Shown here: positions 39,189 to 49,598 of the stretch, piece after piece
Layout: each line of letters opens with the position of its first letter
Numbering within the stretch: position 1 is the stretch's first letter
Source of the DNA: a virus
Length of the DNA stretch: 64,000 nucleotides
Virus record (IMG/VR): IMGVR_UViG_3300044591_001745
Coordinates: 21,201 to 85,200 of that record
Reading direction: 5' to 3' (one strand)
Translations under genes and position numbers: made by a program
Notes under the pieces: model-generated
The model's database searches: none
What the model was told of the DNA's origin: nothing
What the model saw: the letters and a program-made list of their open reading frames with translations, nothing else

Positions 39189-41723
39189 TTATCCACCTAA
39201 TATTGTTTTAAGTTGCGTGATTGAATTTCGGACCACAACATTATTTTTTGTGTTATTATAATTAACCAAAGAGTTAGTTTCAATTAGCCCATTACTATTT
39301 TCTATACTAATATCGAGATCCTTCTCCCACCAACCCAATCTGCTGTTACTACCACTATCCAAACAGCCTATGCCAACAGTTAAATAATAGTCAAATGGTA
39401 ATTTTGGTAAAGTTAGTGTTCTATTTTCCCAGATATTTGAGCTGTTGGTGAATCTTACGCTAATGTCCCTAAAGCCAATTCCTGGAGTAACATTAGAGCT
39501 ATCAAATGTTGTAACTGTTTCATTATTATTATGAAAAATACCATTATTGTATCCATCTAAATAATGTCTAGCATATATATATGGATAATTAGTATTACCA
39601 GAAGCTGTTTTAACACTGGCTTTAATAAAAACTCTAGTATTGGCCGGAACATAAACGTCATTGGTAAAGCCCATCCAACCGCTCTGGTCTCTATCAGGAT
39701 AAACTCTCCAAGCAGATTCATTAAAATCATAAACTCTTAAAGCTCTTCTATTCCAATTAATACTATTACCTTGTTTAAAATTATAGCCATGACAAACAAA
39801 CTGCTGCATAAAAGCTGATCTTCCGTCCATTCTGCCTTGTGTTCCATCAGCAAGGTTAAGACCATCGCTATAAGCACCAAAACCATTGAAGTTCGTTACA
39901 TCCCAACTGTTACCAAGATAGCTATTATTAATAAGAAAAATGCTCGAACGTTCTCCATATGGCCAAAGTATAAAATAATCTATATAACAATTATCTACAT
40001 AGCTTAAACCATTTTGATATTGTACAGTCATAGGATAAGACGTATTGAATACTGCATAATTTTGTCTGAACCTAGAAGATGGTTCATACCATTGACTAAA
40101 CCCATATGCAGTATTACCAGATCTTGTAGCAAAGTTATATGATACTTCGGTACTGTTGTTGTACATGCCTTCTAAATATATCTGATCGGCATATCTTGCA
40201 GCTATATTATTAAAAAATCCATGATCATTAGCATATCTAGCAAATGCCCAGCTATTAGTATTATAACTAACACAATTTCGAATATTCAAATTATGATGAT
40301 CCCACCAATAGCCACAATTACGACTTATTCTATTAGTAGGATAAATAACTATACCATCAAAATAGCTAGTATAACTTGTTCCTATTCCACTTGCCGTAGA
40401 GTTTTGATAACTAAAACTACCTCTTAATCCTATACAGCCATAATCTGCACTATTACTATTTGCTCCAACATTAATGAGACAATTAACTATTCTCATTCTT
40501 CTTGTATAGTTTCCCGGCAAATTACCAGAATAAATAAAACTAGTTTGATCTGTACCGTATGCTGTGCCTTCTGGAGCTTTTATTTTAGTATCTCTATTCA
40601 AGTTAACAACAATACCTCCAATGCCAGCTTTAGCATTTTTTTGCAAAGTCGTTGTTGCGGATGACGAGAATCCGCCTGTTAACGTAATGACCTTTGTTTC
40701 GGTATTGATGGCAGATATCGTATAGTCCATAACATGATCCCAACTATTAGCATTGCTGTAGACGGGGTCATTTACTGGTACCATTATCAAGTCCCCAACA
40801 TTAAATCCATTTGTATTATTAACTGTTATAGTATTTGTACCAGCATTACTATCAGTCGTTAATACAGCTGCTATTCGCAAAACGATATCTCCGGATATAT
40901 GACTTTTTTCTAGTCCTGTTCTATATATCGTTAAACCAACTATTGTTCCAGAAGGAACTCCAGATAAAGTAATGAGATTTGTAACATAATTAATATCAGT
41001 AATAGTAAGTATATTCCTATTGGCTCCAGTTCCAAAAATGATTTTGTATCCTACCCTCATAACTTTGGAATCAGCGACAGTAATCGTTGAACCAGATGTG
41101 CTCAATATGGTTGTAGAAGGACTAACAAAATGTCTGAAATATATAGTATTCCCACTAATATCATGAATCCACATTCCTTCATCGCTTTTATAGTATCTAA
41201 AGTCTTTATTCAGATAATCATTACGATAAACTGTGATCCAATCCCCAGTAGCAAAATTTGTTGCATTAACCACTGAAAGAGATGTATCATTATTATTGGC
41301 ATTTGCAGATAGGGTCGTCTGAGGATTAGGATTAGTTCCTTCTATTTCGCATGTAACGTATTGATGAGCTTGAATTTGTAATCTGTGTTGTTCAGCATTT
41401 GATCCTTTAAATTCCAATAAAGACCCAGGATCCATCCTAAAAAACGCAGCACTATTCACACCCTCAGTGAACCATGTAGTATATCCAGCATTATTATCTA
41501 TATATAGAATGCCATTCATTCTTAATTTACCAGAAGACGTTATAGTCAATTTTCCTCTCACTGTACTGTCATTAAATCCATTTGTTGTTCTTCTGTCATC
41601 ATTAATGGTAACAACATGACCATAATTCACTATAAATATGTCGCCATCCACAGGAACTGGATTTCCGCCCCATGTTGATGTGCTATTAAAATTTCCACTT
41701 TGTGTGCTAGTTCGTGTTGCCAT
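39189..41723 (-). CDS. Virion protein with G8-like N-terminus and parallel beta-helix-like region (possible depolymerase/adhesin)
   Basis: S..SGNF....TWGG..VP..GD...V..GH.VT N-terminal motif; Asn/Tyr-rich short repeats in the C-terminal half. Confidence 0.55.
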   Translation of the reverse strand: MATRTSTQSGNFNSTSTWGGNPVPVDGDIFIVNYGHVVTINDDRRTTNGFNDSTVRGKLTITSSGKLRMNGILYIDNNAGYTTWFTEGVNSAAFFRMDPGSLLEFKGSNAEQHRLQIQAHQYVTCEIEGTNPNPQTTLSANANNNDTSLSVVNATNFATGDWITVYRNDYLNKDFRYYKSDEGMWIHDISGNTIYFRHFVSPSTTILSTSGSTITVADSKVMRVGYKIIFGTGANRNILTITDINYVTNLITLSGVPSGTIVGLTIYRTGLEKSHISGDIVLRIAAVLTTDSNAGTNTITVNNTNGFNVGDLIMVPVNDPVYSNANSWDHVMDYTISAINTETKVITLTGGFSSSATTTLQKNAKAGIGGIVVNLNRDTKIKAPEGTAYGTDQTSFIYSGNLPGNYTRRMRIVNCLINVGANSNSADYGCIGLRGSFSYQNSTASGIGTSYTSYFDGIVIYPTNRISRNCGYWWDHHNLNIRNCVSYNTNSWAFARYANDHGFFNNIAARYADQIYLEGMYNNSTEVSYNFATRSGNTAYGFSQWYEPSSRFRQNYAVFNTSYPMTVQYQNGLSYVDNCYIDYFILWPYGERSSIFLINNSYLGNSWDVTNFNGFGAYSDGLNLADGTQGRMDGRSAFMQQFVCHGYNFKQGNSINWNRRALRVYDFNESAWRVYPDRDQSGWMGFTNDVYVPANTRVFIKASVKTASGNTNYPYIYARHYLDGYNNGIFHNNNETVTTFDSSNVTPGIGFRDISVRFTNSSNIWENRTLTLPKLPFDYYLTVGIGCLDSGSNSRLGWWEKDLDISIENSNGLIETNSLVNYNNTKNNVVVRNSITQLKTILGG

Positions 41724-41910
41724 TTATATTTTCCGAAATATTGTATAGCTTTTCAAAGCTTGTAGTGTTAAAGGCTATTTCAAATTTTGTTGTATTATCG
41801 TCATTTTGTACCGTAGATGAAGATATTTCTACAACATCGGTATTTGGATACATATCGTTGTTAATTGATATTTCTCCAGTATTTTTATCAATATTCACAT
41901 ATATTATCAT
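41707..41910 (-). CDS. Small hypothetical protein
   Basis: 67-aa ORF with GAGG SD; overlaps the next start. Confidence 0.6.
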   Translation of the reverse strand: MIIYVNIDKNTGEISINNDMYPNTDVVEISSSTVQNDDNTTKFEIAFNTTSFEKLYNISENINGNTN

Positions 41911-41925
41911 AATATTTCCTCAATA

Positions 41926-41937
41926 TCATATACACTA
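41926..41937 (-). promoter_or_regulatory. Putative late promoter motif (TAGTGTATATGA)
   Basis: RGTGTAY motif in a 27-bp intergenic gap. Confidence 0.5.
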
Positions 41938-43032
41938 TTATAAATATTTATATCTCATAGACTGATAATTGGCCATAATTTCATTAGCAGATAATATTCT
42001 ATTATAAATTTTGGCACTATATAAGTATCCATAAGCAGAATGATTACCGCAGTGATTAGTATTGCCCATCAAATTAAAAACTAATGTTGGATGAGAATAA
42101 CTCTGAGAAATGCTCCCACTAGCAACCAAAACTCCATTAACATATAATAATAATGTTTGAGTATTACCAACAATAATTTGTTGCATGGTATATAGGTATA
42201 CATTATTTAAGAGCGTTCCTTCATAATAGATATTTAAAGATGAGGAGCCTGCAATATTAAGGTAGAGTCTTCCTGATGTGGTATCATACCCTGCTCTTAG
42301 CCCTGTGTATAAGGGGCCGTTTGGGCCGTTGAATCCTCCTTGCTTACTAAACAGAGTATATCCTGTAGTCCCGCAGGCGCTATTAACATTTAAAAAGCTT
42401 GTCGGCTTATACCAAATGTCTATTGTCATTAAATCTGTAAATGGAACACTATTAACAACATTCTCATACGCATTACTATTGCCACTGGTATACAACAAAG
42501 CCTTATTGTCTTGAAATCCTCCACCAATATTAAAATGTCTATTATTTCCTGATAAGTCATATAATATATTAGAATTAGGAGTTAATATTTCTTTTATACT
42601 AAGATAGTCTATATCAAAGTCTGCTCCAACATTGTCAGCATTTAATACAAATTGGCCTGTTGTATTGCATGTAAAAGTTCTTGTGTACGTTCCTGGAGCA
42701 AGAGCCATCGCGCTTTGAAAATTCGGTGTTAAGCTATAAGGAGGAACATTGGGGCTAAAACTAGCTGAGGTAGAGCCTCTCTTGGCGGTAATGGTCCATA
42801 TGATTCTATATCTTTTACCGGCAACACATGCAGCTATATTATTGAAGCCTATATAGTTTCCTCCAATACTACTAATTGTTTTTACTTGACCATCTCCCGC
42901 CGTAACTACTGATGCGTCCGTAACCAACTCTGGGCCATAAGTTATATTTTGATTGTAGCCGCGATCTACTGTGGAATCTAAATATAGTATTAAGTTATCT
43001 GTTATTATTTTTGGACCATGGTTTCTAGTCAT
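41938..43032 (-). CDS. LamG/concanavalin A-like lectin domain protein with inserted beta-sandwich
   Basis: GPKIITDNLILYLD...YDLSGN...LYVNGVLV...KIYNR.LSA.EI..NY motifs. Confidence 0.8.
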   Translation of the reverse strand: MTRNHGPKIITDNLILYLDSTVDRGYNQNITYGPELVTDASVVTAGDGQVKTISSIGGNYIGFNNIAACVAGKRYRIIWTITAKRGSTSASFSPNVPPYSLTPNFQSAMALAPGTYTRTFTCNTTGQFVLNADNVGADFDIDYLSIKEILTPNSNILYDLSGNNRHFNIGGGFQDNKALLYTSGNSNAYENVVNSVPFTDLMTIDIWYKPTSFLNVNSACGTTGYTLFSKQGGFNGPNGPLYTGLRAGYDTTSGRLYLNIAGSSSLNIYYEGTLLNNVYLYTMQQIIVGNTQTLLLYVNGVLVASGSISQSYSHPTLVFNLMGNTNHCGNHSAYGYLYSAKIYNRILSANEIMANYQSMRYKYL

Positions 43033-43727
43033 AATCCAAACCTACCTTTAGTAGCATTATAATTGTTTAATACTTCAATAGCTGATAGTTGTTTATTATA
43101 TACTCTTACTATGGCTATATCTCCATTATAGTAATAACTTCTACCTCCGCTGTATCCGCCATAAGCTCCTATACTCATTCCTCCAGTATTCACGGCAACA
43201 GTACCGGTTGCGGTGTCGCTGTTCTTAAGAACACTATTAATATACAGTCTTCTATTTCCTGTACTATATGTTCCAACAACTTGAAACCAACTAGAAGTAT
43301 TAACTCCAGCATTAACAGTATTTGTACTAAAAGTGTTCATTGACCCATTGAGAACCATTCTCCATTGAATATTCCCACCTTCTTGAAATAAACTATATTG
43401 AGTATTTACAGTTCCTTTTTCAAACCAAAAACCGCTTTGGCTTGTGGCATTAGTTTTTAACCAAACTTCTACCGATGGAGATTGAGTATCTAATAGGGTG
43501 CTATTTTGTATTCTGATGACTCTACTACTTGTAGTGCCATTAAAAGAAAAATATTTATTGTTTATATTACTAGTGTATGTTGGAGTATTTATAATTTCTC
43601 CAATCATATTATTTCCACTGAGATCATAACAGCTGTTACCTGTGCCTGGATAGCATTTAACGTTACCAAAATCCATATTAAATACTAATCCATCATTAAC
43701 AATTTTAGGAGAATAATCTATACTCAT
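43029..43727 (-). CDS. LamG/concanavalin A-like lectin domain protein
   Basis: PKIV.DGLVF..D...YPG.G...YDLSGN...W.QVVGTY...LYIN...G.IA.VRVYN..LS..EV..NYNA.KGRFGL. Confidence 0.85.
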   Translation of the reverse strand: MSIDYSPKIVNDGLVFNMDFGNVKCYPGTGNSCYDLSGNNMIGEIINTPTYTSNINNKYFSFNGTTSSRVIRIQNSTLLDTQSPSVEVWLKTNATSQSGFWFEKGTVNTQYSLFQEGGNIQWRMVLNGSMNTFSTNTVNAGVNTSSWFQVVGTYSTGNRRLYINSVLKNSDTATGTVAVNTGGMSIGAYGGYSGGRSYYYNGDIAIVRVYNKQLSAIEVLNNYNATKGRFGL

Positions 43728-45493
43728 TAATCCTCCTTTTCGACGACTAACTGTTCTACATCTTTACGAGTTCCTGTAAGGGTCCAGAAAAATTGTAATT
43801 CTCCAAGGGTTTTGGCTCGATCAGCCCTAACCACAAATTTATTATTTGGCAAGTCTATGGAATCGACATATATATTTTTCCCATGTTTATAATTAGTAAT
43901 TTGTATGTTCAAAGTTTCATCGTCATGAATAAGGTCTCGAAGATAATCAGGCAATTCTACAATTCCAATACCTTTTATAACTTTACCCCTACCGGTTAAT
44001 CTTACTCCATGATAAGGACTCTCTAAAGAGCCGTATTCGAGTGAATATCCTTCTTTGCTAGGATGATTGATTCGGAAACTTTTTGTTGTAGCTCCAAAAT
44101 TACCATTAACTTGAAGTTTATATGTTGGAGAAGATGTTCCGATTCCAATTCTATCAGTACTAGCATCAACAAAAAATAAATTGGAATCCGTATCTCCTTC
44201 TATTCTAAAGTCAATGTCGGCCCCAGTTTCATTAACTATTACATTTCCGTTATTATAATTGATTCTTAAAGATTCTGAAATCCCACCATTGATGGAGTCA
44301 AAAATTAAATCGTGACTTGTTCCTTCTCTGTATATTTGCATACGAGCAGAAGCATCGCCAAATTTTATTCCACCACTTCCTGCGACATTTTGTGTCTGTA
44401 GGTATAAATATGAATTATCTCCATAAACCGTCATCTTTTCAGCAGGACTTGCCGTTCCAATTCCAATATTCCCATTGGTGGTGATTCTCATGGCTTCAGT
44501 ACCACCATTATTACCCACTCCAAATCTAATATAATCTGAAGTGCCAACCCCGGTAGTAGATCTAAATGATAAGTAACTGCTCGCTGCGCTGCCACCAGCA
44601 ATAGGGTATCCATTGACCATCTGCATAGCGTTACTATCTATCAATATTACTTGTGTTGATCCAGATGGGGTTGTTGCTGCTCCTCCTCCGCCAATCCAAA
44701 AACAGTGTTGACCAGTAATATAGTCCATAATAAAAGAACTGTATAGTGCTGCCCTATTGGCTCTTAGCCAATTATTATTGGTATAACTTTGTCCACCAAG
44801 AGTAAATCCGGCATTATAAGCATTATTATAAAGCTGTATAGAAGACCTAGCAGCAGTTCCAGAAGTATTGGTGTTAGTAATTCTAATTCCTGTATCCGTA
44901 TTAGAATTAAAAGAAAGATCCAATGGCGCTTGAGGATTATTTGTTCCTATTCCGACATTTGTACCATTATCGAAAACAAGACTATTTACAGCAGTTTGAC
45001 TACCGCTAAATTTTGGCAAATAGTTTATTGTTCCAGTCGCTGAGACTTTAGTCGCTAAATTATTAGTTATTGTAGTGCTAAAATTAGCATCATTTCCTAA
45101 TGCAGCAGCTAACTCGTTTAGAGTATCAAGAGCGGCTGGAGCTGATGCTACCAAATTACTTACTTCAGATCTGACAAAAGATGTTGTTGCTATCTGATTG
45201 GTATTTGTTCCTCCTGCCGCTGTTGGTGCTGTTGGTATACCAGTCAAAGATGGACTAATAAGAGGAGCGTATATCCCATTAACTAGCCCACTAACAGAAC
45301 TATTAAAATCTGTTATATTAGATGAAGTATGATTATGATTACTTAATTGCGCCCAAGTTTTTGTACCATCACCAATTTTTAAGATATTATTTGTAATATC
45401 ATATCCAGGCTCCCCAGAAGCCAGAATGGGATTTGTGGTTGTCCAATCGCTAGACAACCCCTTGCGTAATCTTATACTCGTATTTACAGGCAT
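43727..45493 (-). CDS. Fibre protein with Mtd/hyaluronidase-type N-terminal anchor and chaperone-like C-terminal domain
   Basis: IRLRKG...W...NP.LA.GEPGY......KIGDG...W..L; SP.LTG.PTAPT...APAALDTLNELAAALG.D.NF; GIGT repeats; KSF.I.HP...L....LE.P C-terminus. Confidence 0.8.
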   Translation of the reverse strand: MPVNTSIRLRKGLSSDWTTTNPILASGEPGYDITNNILKIGDGTKTWAQLSNHNHTSSNITDFNSSVSGLVNGIYAPLISPSLTGIPTAPTAAGGTNTNQIATTSFVRSEVSNLVASAPAALDTLNELAAALGNDANFSTTITNNLATKVSATGTINYLPKFSGSQTAVNSLVFDNGTNVGIGTNNPQAPLDLSFNSNTDTGIRITNTNTSGTAARSSIQLYNNAYNAGFTLGGQSYTNNNWLRANRAALYSSFIMDYITGQHCFWIGGGGAATTPSGSTQVILIDSNAMQMVNGYPIAGGSAASSYLSFRSTTGVGTSDYIRFGVGNNGGTEAMRITTNGNIGIGTASPAEKMTVYGDNSYLYLQTQNVAGSGGIKFGDASARMQIYREGTSHDLIFDSINGGISESLRINYNNGNVIVNETGADIDFRIEGDTDSNLFFVDASTDRIGIGTSSPTYKLQVNGNFGATTKSFRINHPSKEGYSLEYGSLESPYHGVRLTGRGKVIKGIGIVELPDYLRDLIHDDETLNIQITNYKHGKNIYVDSIDLPNNKFVVRADRAKTLGELQFFWTLTGTRKDVEQLVVEKED

Positions 45494-45579
45494 ACTGTCT
45501 CACTATAGCTAGGTCCTAAAATACTATTATACTACCATCAGACTAATAATAAACTAAACAATTTATTATATTTCCACTA

Positions 45580-47199
45580 TTATGGTGTACCGCCGTCTAT
45601 AATAAAATATGCAAGGTTTATAGTGGGTGTTGTGGTACTGCTTCCATATAATATCTTTGTACTAGGATTGTAATTAAGATCAGGAGCTACTAATGCGGCT
45701 TGATTACCTCCAGTACCTCCAACGAATGTTGGATAATGTGTACTATTACTACTTCCAGTAGTAACAGCAATATTATTAGCATTTGTGGCAGTTGTAGCAG
45801 TTGTGGCTGTACTAGCATTGCCATTTAATGTTCCAACAAATGTAGTAGACGTTACGCTACTAAGACCTGTGATTGTTGTTGTAGCGGCTGCTCCTAGTGT
45901 TATTGCTGTAGAACCAATGGTAACAGAGCTATTAACTAGTTGACTATTATCAACACCACCAGCCTTAATACTAACAGCACCAGAAGTTACACTAAAGTCA
46001 CCACTATTAAAACTAGCAATGCCTTTGGATGATGTCGTAGCATCCGGAATACTGCTAGAAGTAACCCCTGTTACTCTTCCATAAGAATCTGTACTTACTG
46101 TTGTAACATAACCAGAACCGCTATCTGTGCGAGTAACAGTTGCCAAGTCAATATTATCAGCATTTACTACTATTCTTGCAGTACTCGCGGTTCCTACATC
46201 TACAGTATTTCCGGTCTTGGTTAAACCACTACCAGCAGTAATCTGACCAGCACCACTAAATTGAGCAAAAGCTAAACTCGTTGTTCCTAAAGTTATGGTA
46301 TCATTGGTTGTGAGAACCCAGCCGCTATCTGCATTTGCTGTACCTTCTGCAACGAAGGTAAACATTCCAGCGGTTACCTCGGCGTTGCTATCAGCATCTG
46401 TTGCTCTAGTCCAGGCTCCAGCAGCAACAACATAGATACCATTTTGACTGGCTGTGCTTTGATCTTTAACTAATACTCTGTCTCCAGCAATAACGCTTAC
46501 ACCGTCAATTGTTTGCGTACCAGATAATGTAATATTAGCTGTGGTAGCGACCCTGACGCTTTGTTTAACGTCTAAACCACTACGAGCAGCATCAACATAG
46601 CTCTTACTAGCCGCATCTGTATCATTTGTAGGAGTACCTAAATTAGTAATTTTATAGCCATTCAACGATACATCTGCCGTAGGAACAGCCATCTGATCCA
46701 AGCGGTTTGTTCTGACAGCAGTATTAAAATCATTAATATTACTTGCAACTAATCCGCTTCCACTAACTGTAACATCTCCGGTTACTGTCAAAGTACCGCT
46801 AACTGTTGGACTGTTAGAGAAAAGAACGGCGCCTGTTCCTGTCTCGTCTGTAACTAGCGTGCTCAGATTTGTGCTATTTGGAGTTAATAGAAAGTTTCTA
46901 GCATTAGTACTGAGATCTGTAATATCTGATAATTGAATTGTAGGATCACTTAAACTGATAGTAAGGGTACTTCCATTAGTTCCTGTACTAACTGAAATTC
47001 CGCTTCCTGCTACAAAGCTAGTGGGCAGCACAGCAGCGTATGATAAACTGCTCCATGCTGTTGAGCCATCACCAATCTTAAAACGACCTGTGTCTGTCTC
47101 ATAACCTATTTCACCAGCATATAATATTTGACTTGTCCATTGATTTGCTCCGGCAGCAGCTGTACCTCTGCGCACTTGAATTCTTGTTTGAACTGGCAT
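45580..47199 (-). CDS. Fibre protein with Mtd/hyaluronidase-type N-terminal anchor
   Basis: IQVRRGTAA...GEIGYETDTGRFKIGDG.TAW..L.Y; K.SVRVATTANI.LSG.QTIDGV....GDRVLVKDQ...QNGIY; Ser/Thr-rich; AAAGGT SD. Confidence 0.8.
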   Translation of the reverse strand: MPVQTRIQVRRGTAAAGANQWTSQILYAGEIGYETDTGRFKIGDGSTAWSSLSYAAVLPTSFVAGSGISVSTGTNGSTLTISLSDPTIQLSDITDLSTNARNFLLTPNSTNLSTLVTDETGTGAVLFSNSPTVSGTLTVTGDVTVSGSGLVASNINDFNTAVRTNRLDQMAVPTADVSLNGYKITNLGTPTNDTDAASKSYVDAARSGLDVKQSVRVATTANITLSGTQTIDGVSVIAGDRVLVKDQSTASQNGIYVVAAGAWTRATDADSNAEVTAGMFTFVAEGTANADSGWVLTTNDTITLGTTSLAFAQFSGAGQITAGSGLTKTGNTVDVGTASTARIVVNADNIDLATVTRTDSGSGYVTTVSTDSYGRVTGVTSSSIPDATTSSKGIASFNSGDFSVTSGAVSIKAGGVDNSQLVNSSVTIGSTAITLGAAATTTITGLSSVTSTTFVGTLNGNASTATTATTATNANNIAVTTGSSNSTHYPTFVGGTGGNQAALVAPDLNYNPSTKILYGSSTTTPTINLAYFIIDGGTP

Positions 47200-47233
47200 G
47201 GTAATACCTTTCTTAAAATGTAATAAGTGTTAG

Positions 47234-47548
47234 TTATGGTGATCCGCAATCAAATTCATAATTATCTAAATAATCATCTAAATCAGAAATGTTTGCGGCA
47301 TCGATCTCTATATTTGCCAAGTATTGAGCCAAACCATCTATCCTGCTAACATCCAAATTCCCTACAATCTTACTCATAGGAATATCGTCTGGCAAATCGC
47401 TTGCCAAAATCTTTTCAGTATTAACTATTTCAACATTAACAATATCAAATTTTTCAATTTCAACATTATTGGTTATAGTTCCAAAAGAAGTTTCAAGCTC
47501 TAAATAGTTAACGGTTGGTTCTAAAATTTCCAATATAAAGTTACTCAT
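47234..47548 (-). CDS. Acidic hypothetical virion protein
   Basis: 104-aa ORF in the structural operon; ends FDCGSP. Confidence 0.6.
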   Translation of the reverse strand: MSNFILEILEPTVNYLELETSFGTITNNVEIEKFDIVNVEIVNTEKILASDLPDDIPMSKIVGNLDVSRIDGLAQYLANIEIDAANISDLDDYLDNYEFDCGSP

Positions 47549-47551
47549 ACT

Positions 47552-47950
47552 TTAGCATTCCAATACTTGTGAAGCCTGACTGAATCGTTTAACAATATTT
47601 ATTGTTCCATACAATAATCTTGTTGTGTATTTGCCACCACCAGCATATAAATCATCTGGACTTTGTAGCTCCAAGTCGTATTTTGCATTAGTAAATGTAA
47701 ATGTATTAGTTGTGCCAGCTGGTATCATTAAAGTTAATTTACCAGCAACAGCATCTATGGTAAACTTATATACACTATAATCAGTATTCGATGATAAAAA
47801 AACCTGAGTGACATTACTATTGGTTTTCCAGGTTAATCGAGCACACCAGTCTGTCAAGTCTATTGGGTTACCATTCTGATCCTTATATATTAAAGATAGT
47901 TTAAAAGAAGATCCTTGTTCTATACTGAAATCATATTTACTAGCAGCCAT
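47552..47950 (-). CDS. Fibre-adaptor-type beta-sandwich protein
   Basis: YDF.IEQG..F......D..GNPIDLT......KYDLEL........RLL.G.I motif typical of small phage fibre-attachment proteins. Confidence 0.65.
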   Translation of the reverse strand: MAASKYDFSIEQGSSFKLSLIYKDQNGNPIDLTDWCARLTWKTNSNVTQVFLSSNTDYSVYKFTIDAVAGKLTLMIPAGTTNTFTFTNAKYDLELQSPDDLYAGGGKYTTRLLYGTINIVKRFSQASQVLEC

Positions 47951-47991
47951 ATGTTGACCCTATTTGTTGTTATAATAGAGAGTTGCTATGA

Positions 47992-48003
47992 AGATATACA
48001 CTA
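47992..48003 (-). promoter_or_regulatory. Putative late promoter motif (TAGTGTATATCT) restarting transcription after the capsid terminator
   Basis: RGTGTAY motif between the terminator and the 47950 start. Confidence 0.55.
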
Positions 48004-48047
48004 AATGTGTAATACATGCAGCAAAACCATGAGTATATGAGGTATAC

Positions 48048-48079
48048 AAAAGAAAAGAGCCACCCGTTAGGATGGCTCT
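48048..48079 (-). terminator. Rho-independent terminator after the major capsid gene
   Basis: AGAGCCAUCC-UAAC-GGGUGGCUCU followed by UUUCUUUU on the minus strand. Confidence 0.85.
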
Positions 48080-48109
48080 AGTCTTTCGCAATTATCGATT
48101 ACTTAACTC

Positions 48110-49120
48110 TCAGAGAGAGCCAATGAGAACTCTACGATTGTCTAGAACGGCAAAGCCTTGTTCGCCCCATCCGTAGAAGCCTGCTCTCTTCTGACGATGT
48201 AGTGTATCGTCTTCGAAGATTTGAACTTCTTCGCGAACTGGCATTATGAAACTATCTCTCTTACGCATATCTAGACCAACAACAATTTCAGCATCACCCG
48301 ATGGCACAGAGCCATTGAGAACATTTTCAAAGAACAATTGGTATTCTTGACCTTCGCCAAGTTCGTCAAGGTCATGTAGATTGATACCAAATACTCTGTT
48401 AAGAGTACCATCGGCAGCTGTATAGATTTCTCTACGAGTTACCTCGTCAACCTGATCGATACCCCAATTGCGAATGTCTTCCATGGACTCTGGAGAGACA
48501 TAAAGATCTGTCAATTGACCGCGATTGTTACTTGCACTGTTACCACCGCCATTACGACGCATAACAGTCTTCATCAAGCTTACCAATCTCTTGGTGAATT
48601 GACCACCGCTAGCATCGCTGTCAAATACAACGATATTGCGGTCAACACCAGCGGCTAGAAGTGTATGCCAGCCATCATCGTTAAGCTTCTTAACGAATTG
48701 GCCTTCGAGCACTTCCATAGCACGACCAACAACGTCCCAGCGAGCATCTCTGGCATACTTTAATAGCCAATCGATACTAGCTCCGACGTCGTAGGTTGGT
48801 ACCATGACGTAATCGCTCTCAATGTGACGTTCTGGAACATATCCATGATTAGGAATGGTATATGCCACGAAGTCTTTTTCTGTGCCTGGAGCAAGAAAGT
48901 CAAGGGGAAATTCTGGAGTAGCGCCTTGAGCCAAACGAATTGGTTCGAAGATGCCGTCTAGAATATCACCACTCATGATACCTTGACGAAGTGGTAGCTC
49001 TAAAGCTTTAGCAAATTCAGCATTTGCAGCCAGAGCTGTTTCACGGTTCATAGAACCAGAACGAACCAAAAGATCGGTTAGCTCCGGTGTGGGTTGAAAA
49101 GCTTTACTGTTACCTGTCAT
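48110..49120 (-). CDS. Major capsid protein (HK97 fold)
   Basis: 336 aa after protease/scaffold and decoration genes; AAGGAG SD; biased high-expression codon use; C-terminal GFYGWGEQGFAVLD; followed by a terminator. Confidence 0.85.
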   Translation of the reverse strand: MTGNSKAFQPTPELTDLLVRSGSMNRETALAANAEFAKALELPLRQGIMSGDILDGIFEPIRLAQGATPEFPLDFLAPGTEKDFVAYTIPNHGYVPERHIESDYVMVPTYDVGASIDWLLKYARDARWDVVGRAMEVLEGQFVKKLNDDGWHTLLAAGVDRNIVVFDSDASGGQFTKRLVSLMKTVMRRNGGGNSASNNRGQLTDLYVSPESMEDIRNWGIDQVDEVTRREIYTAADGTLNRVFGINLHDLDELGEGQEYQLFFENVLNGSVPSGDAEIVVGLDMRKRDSFIMPVREEVQIFEDDTLHRQKRAGFYGWGEQGFAVLDNRRVLIGSL

Positions 49121-49143
49121 GGTTTTTCTCCTTGAGATTTAAA

Positions 49144-49596
49144 TTATAGGTTAACTGATACTTTAGCGTAGCCGTCGGCATCTTTTGCGCTCAAAAATTG
49201 ACCAATTTTAACTGCACTACTGGCAGAACTGGTTCCAATTAAACCGTTAGCACCAACGTAAGCATCGACGCCAGCGGATGGGGTAGCACCAGAAACAATC
49301 TTGTTGGTTGTTACCTGACCTTGACGGAGTAAAGTTACCTTGCCGCCCTTTTGAACTTCGTCACGATACCAATTGATGTGCTGACGAGTTAGATCAAGGT
49401 CAACAACATCGTTAAGTAGAATGCCTACAGGCTTGCCAGAAACGGCAGTAGCGTATTCTACAACAGCGTTGGCATCGTCCATCGACACGCCACTACCTGC
49501 TGTAACAACACAAACTACACCGCCTCTTTCAGCCACGGAATTCATGAAGAAAGATACGTCTGTTAGTAATTCGATACGATCTGGTTTAAGAGCCAT
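49144..49596 (-). CDS. Head decoration/cement protein
   Basis: 150 aa directly before the capsid gene; P.GILL.DV...GGKVT.L..G.V.T...G...YV...G.I pattern of trimeric decoration proteins. Confidence 0.7.
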   Translation of the reverse strand: MALKPDRIELLTDVSFFMNSVAERGGVVCVVTAGSGVSMDDANAVVEYATAVSGKPVGILLNDVVDLDLTRQHINWYRDEVQKGGKVTLLRQGQVTTNKIVSGATPSAGVDAYVGANGLIGTSSASSAVKIGQFLSAKDADGYAKVSVNL

Positions 49597-49598
49597 GT

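Noticed and set aside
43727-47199. Diversity-generating retroelement suggested by Mtd-like N-termini
   Set aside because: Only the anchor domain is Mtd-like; no reverse transcriptase or adenine-variant TR/VR pair seen in the window
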